Assembly: GCF_000018105.1 (NCBI RefSeq) | Contig: NC_009930.1 | Location: 1-32,000, forward strand | Direction of reading: 5' to 3' | Source of the DNA: Acaryochloris marina MBIC11017 | Lineage (GTDB): Bacteria; Cyanobacteriota; Cyanobacteriia; Thermosynechococcales; Thermosynechococcaceae | Length of the DNA stretch: 32,000 nucleotides | In this document: piece by piece, positions 25,381 through 32,000 of the stretch | Position numbering within the stretch: position 1 is the first letter of the stretch | Layout: every line of letters starts with the position of its first letter | Translations under genes and position numbers: made by a program | The notes under the pieces: model-generated | Database searches by the model: none | Told to the model about the DNA's origin: nothing | What the model saw: the letters and a program-made list of their open reading frames with translations, nothing else

Positions 25381-25641
25381 CTATTGACTTGGCCCCTCCC
25401 AATGAACAGCGTTACATAGTTCTTCTAAGGTGACGTTCAGCATTTCACAAAGTTTTTTTACCTGGCAGGGGTTAAGAGTGGGGATTGACCGCCCATTCTC
25501 CCAATTTCCAATCGACTGTGGTTTTACTCCTAGCTCATTAGCTAATTGTGTCTGACTTAGTTCAGCCCTCTTTCGCTTCAAAAGAAACCATTCAGAGAAA
25601 TCGATATCCACACTTCGACTCAGTAGCAAACATGAGTCCAT
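25381..25641 (-). CDS. XRE-family helix-turn-helix transcriptional regulator
   Basis: LKRKRAELSQTQLANELGVKPQSIGNWENGRSIP is a classic HTH_3 / Cro-cI pattern. Confidence 0.85.
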   Translation of the reverse strand: MDSCLLLSRSVDIDFSEWFLLKRKRAELSQTQLANELGVKPQSIGNWENGRSIPTLNPCQVKKLCEMLNVTLEELCNAVHWEGPSQ

Positions 25642-25830
25642 AATAGTCCCTGCTTTTGTATATCTTGGTTCATTTACATTGTAGAGGCACTATAAAAGAT
25701 TAGCAATAAATAACAAATAATTTGATTAATCCCAATATATTTGGTATTATTGTTTCATACAACAAAAGGCACCCGGTCGCCTGGACAGTTCCCGGATGCC
25801 CTAGTTAAAACCCCGTAAAGGAAATTAACT

Positions 25831-26142
25831 ATGAATACTGTACTCGAAACGCCCACCACCGTTAACGAGCTGGAGAAGTGGATCGACGCTCAGGTCACAG
25901 ATCCCCTCCATCCCGAAATGGTGATGGTGGAACTTCAGATTGAACAATACCCCGGTGTTCGTGAAGGGGGCGACTTGTTTGAAGTCTTCGCACCCGTCAT
26001 CTGTAAACCTGGACTACTCAGACCTCGCTTAGAGGCTTGGGTCAAAGCCACCTATGGGAATGACCACTGGCTAGCCAACTGGCGTACCGTTCCCTCCACT
26101 CGCCAAATTGACGCTGAGAACGATTACGAAGACGAATTCTAG
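25831..26142 (+). CDS. hypothetical protein
   Basis: 103-aa ORF, first in the plus-strand string divergent from the XRE gene. AAGGAAA upstream. Confidence 0.6.
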   Translation: MNTVLETPTTVNELEKWIDAQVTDPLHPEMVMVELQIEQYPGVREGGDLFEVFAPVICKPGLLRPRLEAWVKATYGNDHWLANWRTVPSTRQIDAENDYEDEF

Positions 26143-26210
26143 GAATATCCTGGGGGCACCCTGCCCCCTTCCACGCCACATATACCCAGTCGCTACATAG
26201 GGTTAAAACA

Positions 26211-26537
26211 ATGAAACCGACTCCCAGAAACAAACTGGTTCCAATCGTTCAATTTACGACTCAAGTTGAGCTTGACTGTCAGCAAGTCGCAGCCCTCAAC
26301 CGCTTGGTCTTAGGCAGCACAGACCTCAGTGACGATCAGGCACTCAACCTCTGGCAAGCCCTCAATCCTTGGGTCATGGAATTCCAGCACTCCACCCCCA
26401 GAGATGTGTTTGCCTCATTGCGGTTTATCGCTCTTGCCAAGCCAGCAACGGAACCAGAACCCCTCTACCCCACTGATCTTTTGAACTCCGTAGGCTCAAA
26501 CATCGAAACCGATAGCCCAAGCTGCCTTTGTGCATGA
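26211..26537 (+). CDS. hypothetical protein
   Basis: 108-aa ORF, same strand string. Confidence 0.55.
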   Translation: MKPTPRNKLVPIVQFTTQVELDCQQVAALNRLVLGSTDLSDDQALNLWQALNPWVMEFQHSTPRDVFASLRFIALAKPATEPEPLYPTDLLNSVGSNIETDSPSCLCA

Positions 26538-26600
26538 GGGACCGCCTACTCTCCGTGTCGTTCCCCCATCAATCCCAACAATCCATACCTGGAGATAGCC

Positions 26601-26978
26601 ATGAAAGACCATCCCTGTCTTCCTGAATTCCCCTTGGATCCACCCATCGTCAATGCCGCTTATTCACCAATGGCAATTGTGACGATAGCCACGGCGAAGA
26701 GTCTGATGCAGTCTCAGGAATTAATGCTCAGTGGTGCTCAGAAACTGTTCAATCCAGCGGTCTGGCCCCTGCTTGAACCAGAGATTCAACGGATTCCCTT
26801 TGACCGTCAAAAGGCCCAGTGCTTCCGTGATTGTGTTGCCTATCTCATGGCCGAGGCCACGACCCTCAGATCCGAACGTCGTCAGAACGATGCCCTTAAG
26901 CATATTGAAGCCGCACTGATGCTAGAAGCCCTGATTCATGGCGGCTACGACGATCTGCCATTCATGTCCGAACAGTAA
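26601..26978 (+). CDS. conserved hypothetical protein (has a decayed paralogue at 19880-20195)
   Basis: 125-aa ORF with GGAGA upstream. The protein-level similarity of the second copy argues that this is a real gene. Confidence 0.7.
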   Translation: MKDHPCLPEFPLDPPIVNAAYSPMAIVTIATAKSLMQSQELMLSGAQKLFNPAVWPLLEPEIQRIPFDRQKAQCFRDCVAYLMAEATTLRSERRQNDALKHIEAALMLEALIHGGYDDLPFMSEQ

Positions 26979-27010
26979 AAAGCATCGCCAATCTTTTGCT
27001 GAATCAAGCG

Positions 27011-27391
27011 ATGCCTGCTGATGCCTTCATTGAAGAACCATTCAACGAGGTTATTCAAATGAATCCTACAACATTGCCAAAACCAGTACCCGACAACATC
27101 GAACTGCCCTCCTACGAACTTCACACGAGGCCCACTGCTGACAACTATCGCAAGTTCAATGTGTTCTATGGCTCTCGGCTGATCGGGTACGTCTACATCA
27201 ACTTTGTCCAGGGCCAATCCAACTTTGTCGGCACGACCCTCGATCATCGGTCCTTCGGTCCCTACTCCCGCAGGATGAAAGCGGCTGAAGCGGTCTTAGA
27301 AGCTTTCACAGCAGGACTCACCGGGCAACAGCGAATGATGGTGGCTCTTGCCAATGAGCTAGTCGAAAACATGATCGTCATTGCTGGGTGA
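27011..27391 (+). CDS. hypothetical protein
   Basis: ORF track 26996..27391 (TTG). First ATG at 27011. The stop overlaps the next start (GTGATG). Confidence 0.55.
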   Translation: MPADAFIEEPFNEVIQMNPTTLPKPVPDNIELPSYELHTRPTADNYRKFNVFYGSRLIGYVYINFVQGQSNFVGTTLDHRSFGPYSRRMKAAEAVLEAFTAGLTGQQRMMVALANELVENMIVIAG

Positions 27392-28284
27392 TGCCAAAAC
27401 CTTCAAATCACCCAGGCCAACAAATCCAATCAACATTGAATATTAGCGAGGACATTATGGAAACGAATATCCTAGCCCATCAAATTCACGGCGTTTCTGT
27501 AGGGATGCAGAAAGCTGATGGATACGTGAACGCAACGAAAGCCTGTGAGGCGTATAAAGTTGCGACGGGCAAGACGAAGCGAACAGAGAACTGGACTCGA
27601 TCCGCACGAGCTAAAGCCTACATCGCTTACGTGGCCTCCGTTACGCGAAAAAGCGTAACGGAACTGGTACTTGTTCGTAAAGGTGGAACCCCTGAAGAAC
27701 AAGGCACCTGGATACACCCTGACCTAGCCATCGCTTTTGGCACCTGGCTATCCGTCGAGTTTGAATATCAGCTCACTCAATGGGTGAAAGAGTGGGAGAG
27801 CAGTCAACGCCCTCCCATTAACATAGACCCCGATCAGCCTAGCCCCCATGAGATTGAATCTGTCCTCCAAGCGACCTTTGGTGAAGTCGTTGAACCCGCG
27901 AGGTTAGCCATCGTCAAATCAAGTGCCATTGTCGGCGTTCACCCTGAATGGTCCGCGATTATGAGTGAGGGTCTGGACGCTTTACCTTCCCTGCCCCCAG
28001 AAGAACAAACCTATACCCCAACTGAGCTGGGCCAACTGCTAGAGCCTAAGCTGTCAGCCATCAGAGTTAACAAACTCCTTGAAGCAGCGGGCTATCAAGA
28101 AAGCTATCGAACCGCTCGAAATGTCCTGAAGTGGAAGCCCATCGACAAAGCGGGTGATTTGGCGGTGATAACGCTGGAAGAGAAATCGAATGGCAAGCCC
28201 ATTGAATCTTTGCGGTGGAAGCATTCAGTGGTGGATGTGCTGTTGTCGTTAGTGGCAGACAGTGAGCAGGCAAAGGTGGGATGA
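27388..28284 (+). CDS. KilA-N domain DNA-binding protein
   Basis: GVSVGMQKADGYVNATKACEAYKVATGKTKRTENWTRSARAKAYI...GTWIHPDLAIAFGTWLSVEF fits the KilA-N pattern. An alternative start ATG at 27457 is preceded by GAGGA. Confidence 0.75.
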   Translation: MMPKPSNHPGQQIQSTLNISEDIMETNILAHQIHGVSVGMQKADGYVNATKACEAYKVATGKTKRTENWTRSARAKAYIAYVASVTRKSVTELVLVRKGGTPEEQGTWIHPDLAIAFGTWLSVEFEYQLTQWVKEWESSQRPPINIDPDQPSPHEIESVLQATFGEVVEPARLAIVKSSAIVGVHPEWSAIMSEGLDALPSLPPEEQTYTPTELGQLLEPKLSAIRVNKLLEAAGYQESYRTARNVLKWKPIDKAGDLAVITLEEKSNGKPIESLRWKHSVVDVLLSLVADSEQAKVG

Positions 28285-28444
28285 GGGATGGATCATGAAC
28301 ATCAAACTCAAGAAACTATCTAGAAGCACGAGCCGCAAAGGGTTATAACTCCTAGAGAATAGCCCACTCAAGTGCCCGTTCCACTCATACAGTGATGCTG
28401 AGAACAGTAACTGTGCCAAGGCATACAAAGCCTACCTCTATGCA

Positions 28445-28693
28445 GTGCTAGAGCTGAACCAGAAACCGAGGGATGCTGCCCTGAAATTGTCAAAGCAGTG
28501 CAAAATCTTGGTCTCAGGCCGATGGAAGCCCCCCACGAGAGCTGCCGTTGTGAGTGAAATCAGGGAAATCGTCAGGCAAGGCTCTGTGGTGATTGGAACC
28601 CATCGCGCACCGGATCCAGGGCATGGACTCGCAACCTACCTCAGATGGAAGTATCCCGATGCCGATCAGTTGGAGCTAACCCATGCAAGATAG
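28445..28693 (+). CDS. hypothetical protein; possibly the distal part of a gene interrupted by an in-frame TAA (see findings)
   Basis: GTG-initiated 82-aa ORF. The same frame is open back to 28349 and continues an ATG ORF at 28295-28348. Confidence 0.35.
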   Translation: MLELNQKPRDAALKLSKQCKILVSGRWKPPTRAAVVSEIREIVRQGSVVIGTHRAPDPGHGLATYLRWKYPDADQLELTHAR

Positions 28694-29138
28694 AAAAATC
28701 CTTTCCCTCAGCCGCTCGACCACTCAAGCAGTTACACCATCTCAATCTCAGACTAATACCCCTAGGGCATTTCGACGACCGCTTGAGGAAATCTTGGAGG
28801 ATCTGAGACGGCCTATTCCTGGGCGATTTATCAAGACCAAATCAAAGAAAGGCGTGGCCTTGAGGTTTGTCAGTTGGTACGACATCGTTCGCATTCTAGA
28901 GGCCAGGGCACCGGGCTTTGAATATGACTGCTCACCACACTTTGGCGACGGAAAAACCGTAGTGAAGGCAACGATAACGATTCATGGCGAGGACGGTAGC
29001 CTTTCGCGATCAGCTCTGGGAATTGCCGACAGCGACATTGAAAGCTGGGGTGATGCGACAAGTAATGCTAGCTCAATGGCCCTTCGCAGAGCTGCCGCTG
29101 AATTTGGGCTGGGTCTGCATTTGTATTGGGAGAAATAG
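28683..29138 (+). CDS. Rad52/Rad22-like single-strand annealing protein
   Basis: [20 protein letters not shown]...ATITIHG...[16 protein letters not shown] resembles the Rad52-family core ending in the (K/R)RAxxxFGLGxxLY motif. Confidence 0.65.
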   Translation: MQDRKILSLSRSTTQAVTPSQSQTNTPRAFRRPLEEILEDLRRPIPGRFIKTKSKKGVALRFVSWYDIVRILEARAPGFEYDCSPHFGDGKTVVKATITIHGEDGSLSRSALGIADSDIESWGDATSNASSMALRRAAAEFGLGLHLYWEK

Positions 29139-29317
29139 GCCATGCAAACCGATACGAAATCCCATTCCTTTGGGCAGTGGACAGGGGTTCATTGCCAGAC
29201 TCCCATTTCCTCTATTACCTGGGATCAGCACCTCTTTTTTTAAGAAATACGAATAAGCTATTCCATTTCTCCGGTAGGTGGGGTATTCCTCTAGCAACGG
29301 TGTTTGGGGATTTAAAT

Positions 29318-30124
29318 ATGGCGATTCAGAACGACAGCGTTCAAGCCTATTTGAAGGAGATGGGCCGTTACCCACTCCTCTCCCATGAAGAAGAAATCAG
29401 ACTGGCCCGACAGGTTAAAGCTGGTGATCTCAAAGCCAAACAACGGATGATTGAGTGTAATCTGCGCCTGGTGGTCTCCATTGCCAAGAAGCATCAGCAT
29501 CTCGGTTTACCCCTGATGGACCTAATCCAAGAGGGCAGCATTGGTCTCAATACTGCTGTTGACAAGTTTGACTTAGCTCAAGGCTGTAAGTTCAGCACCT
29601 ATGCCTATTGGTGGATTTCAGAGGCGATTAAGCGGGCATTGAAATCCCAGTCCCGCACTATCTATATCCCTATTCATCAATGGGAACGCGCCCACAGGAT
29701 CAAGAAGGCTGTTCGCCAATTAACGCAAGAGAAAGGGCGTACTCCCACCCTCAAAGAACTCTCAGCAGCGACTGGCATAAAGTCTTCACTGATTCGCAAT
29801 ACCCTGCAATCATTTCAAGCTGTTTCTTCTCTCGATCAGCCCGTTGGCCCAGAACAGAAGGATGCTCTTATTGATTTAATCCAAACAGAAGACGCTGCTC
29901 TCTCGATCATGGATGGGCTAGAAATTGAAGATGCTCTAACCCGATGCATGGCCTACTTAACTGAGCGGGAGAGATTCATCGTTGATCAGCGGTATGGCTT
30001 AACGGATGGTCAGCCAAAATCAATGGGAGTCATTGGCAAGCAAATTGGTGTCAGTCGAGAGCGGGTTCGGCAAATCCTCAATATCGCCATGAAGAAGATG
30101 ACAAGACAGGTTCGCTCAGCTTAG
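29318..30124 (+). CDS. sigma-70 family RNA polymerase sigma factor
   Basis: ORF track 29126..30124. The ATG at 29318 gives [26 protein letters not shown] (region 1.2). [28 protein letters not shown] and [14 protein letters not shown] (region 2). [19 protein letters not shown] (region 4.2). Confidence 0.9.
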   Translation: MAIQNDSVQAYLKEMGRYPLLSHEEEIRLARQVKAGDLKAKQRMIECNLRLVVSIAKKHQHLGLPLMDLIQEGSIGLNTAVDKFDLAQGCKFSTYAYWWISEAIKRALKSQSRTIYIPIHQWERAHRIKKAVRQLTQEKGRTPTLKELSAATGIKSSLIRNTLQSFQAVSSLDQPVGPEQKDALIDLIQTEDAALSIMDGLEIEDALTRCMAYLTERERFIVDQRYGLTDGQPKSMGVIGKQIGVSRERVRQILNIAMKKMTRQVRSA

Positions 30125-30165
30125 TCATTGCGAGTTGCAACCTGTGCAGCTTTACTTCGGACTAA

Positions 30166-32000
30166 TCAGCAACTTGCAACAGATTGACCAGAGTTATAGG
30201 TCATAAGCTTTGAAGTGTTTGCTGTTAATACTACTCGGCCTTGTTTATCCCGAATCCATCTTTGTGCCTCAACAATGGTAGGGTTGGACGCTGGGGTCAG
30301 TGATTGATTATATGTCTCTCGTTTTGTGAGATTGGATGTTTCTGTAATTGTTGAAGAAGGAGAGTTTTGGGGGGATATTTGTGGCTCTCTCAAGTCTTGC
30401 CAAATGGAGGGTGGCGTTTGGATATGATGTGGGCCAAGAGGTACTCCACCTCTTCCAACATTCACGAAAGTGCTATTTCCGAGAGATTGACCAGGACGAC
30501 AACTTTTTATAACGTCTTTTGGTTGAGCTAGTGATTCTTTGTATTTTTCAGCAGCATCAATTATAAATTGACCGTTTGAATCAAAAAAACCTAATGATTC
30601 AATATTGAATTGAGTTAGAGGTGCATCAATCTCAATAAGACTTTCTTCTAGACCTACCAGGAGTCTAACATCGAAATCAATTAAACCACCAATACCAAGT
30701 CCGTTTGCATCATATTTTATCTTGCTCTTATTTCTCAACAGCAAAATATTATCAAGTTCAATATTTAAATCACCGAGACGTTGATTTTCCACAATCATAG
30801 AAATAGAAGCATTATCCTCCAGAGTTAGATTATTGCCTGTGATAGAGAGAGAGCCTCCAGGTGCATTGCTTGAAAATAATCCAATTTCTGCGTTGTCTCT
30901 AAGAAGTATTTCTTTCGAAGCTATTGTAATATTTCCTGCTTTCCCAAATACATTAGAATTGCTGGATATTTTACCCATATTTTCTAATGTAGTATTCTTT
31001 GAATTGATCAGTATATTTCCACCACTGGATGACTGATATGAATTTGAAGATATAGTGCCACTATTATCAATATTGAGTGCATTCCGTGTATTTATGAAGA
31101 TATTCCCACCAGTCCCATTAAAGTATGAATAAGTATCAATCAATCCATTGTTTTCAACATTTAAATTTCTTGAATTTATACGTAAATATTTATTTCTTGA
31201 AGAATCAGAGCTATCAATTAATATCTTGCTGGAATTTTTTACATTTATATCTTTGAAAGACCCAACATCTTCATACCCCAATAGCCAGCCCTGATTGGTA
31301 GGCTGTAAACTTACGTAGCTTCTTGGTGCTACACTACCAATTTCAATATTTCCATTGAGAACTTGGATGCCACCTCGTAGGAAATTTATACCTCCGCCTA
31401 GAATTGATATCGTATTTCTAGGCTTAACCCTCAAATTTGGATATTCAGAAAAGCACAGATTCATGCATGTAGTAATACTAGGATCTACAACATAAACTGA
31501 TTGGATATTTATATCTTGAGCTGTGTTACCAAATTGAATGCCGATTGGAATACTTAACTTTAGATTTTGTACTGGTTGAGGATTGATTGCACTAAACGAT
31601 TTTCCATCTTTAAATATAAATCTACTTCCTGTAGTTGCAAGAAATGATCCATTTAAATCTAAAAAAGAATTAGGTCCAAAATAAATCCCAGATGGATTCA
31701 TCAAGAATAGGTCAGCATCACCTAGTACACCTAGAGTGCCATTAATATTTGATGGATTTCCACCCGTTACACGGGTCAGGATCAAGTTGATGTTATTGGG
31801 ATTTGAGAAGTAAACTTCCTGACCAGTCCCTATACTTAAGTCCTTAAGGCTATGGAATAGAGATTTATTTCTTGAAGCCCCTCCCTTGATCAGAATCCGG
31901 TTTCTCTGTTGCTCAATTACCGAATTCTCATTCCCTAACGTCCGATCAGCAGATACTTGGGCTAATCCTGGTGTGAGCAAAACGCTCCAAATGGCTAGAG
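30166..32000 (-). CDS. two-partner-secretion (filamentous haemagglutinin N-terminal domain) exoprotein, 5' end outside window
   Basis: The frame stays open to the window edge (..LAIWSVLLTPGLAQVSAD looks like the end of a signal peptide). TPS-domain pattern NKSLFHSLKDLSI..GQEVYF..NIN LILTRVTGGNPSNINGTL..DLFLMNPSGIYFG. Beta-helix-like repeats and a GRGGVP..EAQRW tail. Confidence 0.85.
   Translation of the reverse strand, partial: LAIWSVLLTPGLAQVSADRTLGNENSVIEQQRNRILIKGGASRNKSLFHSLKDLSIGTGQEVYFSNPNNINLILTRVTGGNPSNINGTLGVLGDADLFLMNPSGIYFGPNSFLDLNGSFLATTGSRFIFKDGKSFSAINPQPVQNLKLSIPIGIQFGNTAQDINIQSVYVVDPSITTCMNLCFSEYPNLRVKPRNTISILGGGINFLRGGIQVLNGNIEIGSVAPRSYVSLQPTNQGWLLGYEDVGSFKDINVKNSSKILIDSSDSSRNKYLRINSRNLNVENNGLIDTYSYFNGTGGNIFINTRNALNIDNSGTISSNSYQSSSGGNILINSKNTTLENMGKISSNSNVFGKAGNITIASKEILLRDNAEIGLFSSNAPGGSLSITGNNLTLEDNASISMIVENQRLGDLNIELDNILLLRNKSKIKYDANGLGIGGLIDFDVRLLVGLEESLIEIDAPLTQFNIESLGFFDSNGQFIIDAAEKYKESLAQPKDVIKSCRPGQSLGNSTFVNVGRGGVPLGPHHIQTPPSIWQDLREPQISPQNSPSSTITETSNLTKRETYNQSLTPASNPTIVEAQRWIRDKQGRVVLTANTSKLMTYNSGQSVASC

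Noticed and set aside
29126-29317. Long N-terminal extension of the sigma factor from the tracked start at 29126.
   Set aside because: The extension ([22 protein letters not shown]...) overlaps the end of the Rad52-like gene and has no sigma region 1 character. The ATG at 29318 gives a canonical region 1.2 start.
265-30833. Many tracked ORFs lying antisense or out of frame inside stronger genes: 265..543, 713..958, 2544..2729, 3975..4160, 5490..5861, 6711..6947, 7250..7432, 7417..7644, 7757..7963, 7788..7973, 8046..8333, 9891..10172, 9904..10359, 11207..11491, 12547..12783, 19286..19477, 22577..22807, 24895..25155, 25133..25387, 26042..26233, 26721..26903, 26731..26919, 26945..27247, 27472..27717, 28067..28273, 28870..29061, 28984..29256, 29073..29375, 29312..29500, 29680..29874 and 30833..31036.
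   Set aside because: Each overlaps a longer ORF that has recognisable motifs or better start context. Their translations are low-complexity or Cys/His/Pro-rich in the manner of shadow frames. There is no independent support.

Overview
This 32-kb window is mosaic, plasmid-like accessory DNA. All family calls below come from motifs read by eye; no searches were run.

**Backbone.** It carries a parA plus ribbon-helix-helix partition cassette surrounded by dense TACAG/CTGTA iterons, a small FimB/Xer-like tyrosine recombinase, two complete IS elements and several gene remnants. Blocks that look about 50% GC by eye alternate with clearly AT-rich cargo blocks. The GC-richer blocks are the IS elements, the recombinase, and an XRE / KilA-N / Rad52-like / sigma-70 module at 24.7-30.1 kb.

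**Cargo of interest.**
- Two distantly paralogous polytopic-membrane patatin-like phospholipases lie at 1189-3489 (+) and 20932-23652 (-).
- An 800-aa NACHT STAND NTPase (4909-7311) has N-terminal TM helices. About 300 aa of glycine-zipper membrane sequence sits before its terminal FIHxSxQEHF motif.
- After an IS1182-family insertion comes a small PD-(D/E)xK-like gene. That gene is itself split by an IS903-group element with a perfect 9-bp target duplication.
- A roughly 6-kb very AT-rich cassette holds a lipoprotein gene broken at two A-runs, two small proteins, a CE4 deacetylase and an SGNH hydrolase. It is bracketed by the full recombinase gene and a diverged 218-bp copy of that gene's 3' end.

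**Best candidate for an undescribed system.** This is the co-oriented membrane-patatin / membrane-NACHT / nuclease-like set at 1.2-10.9 kb, which appears to be eroding through IS insertions.

**Other points.** The window ends inside a TPS/filamentous-haemagglutinin-type exoprotein gene. No rRNA, tRNA or CRISPR array was seen. Gene content hints at a cyanobacterial host, with low confidence.
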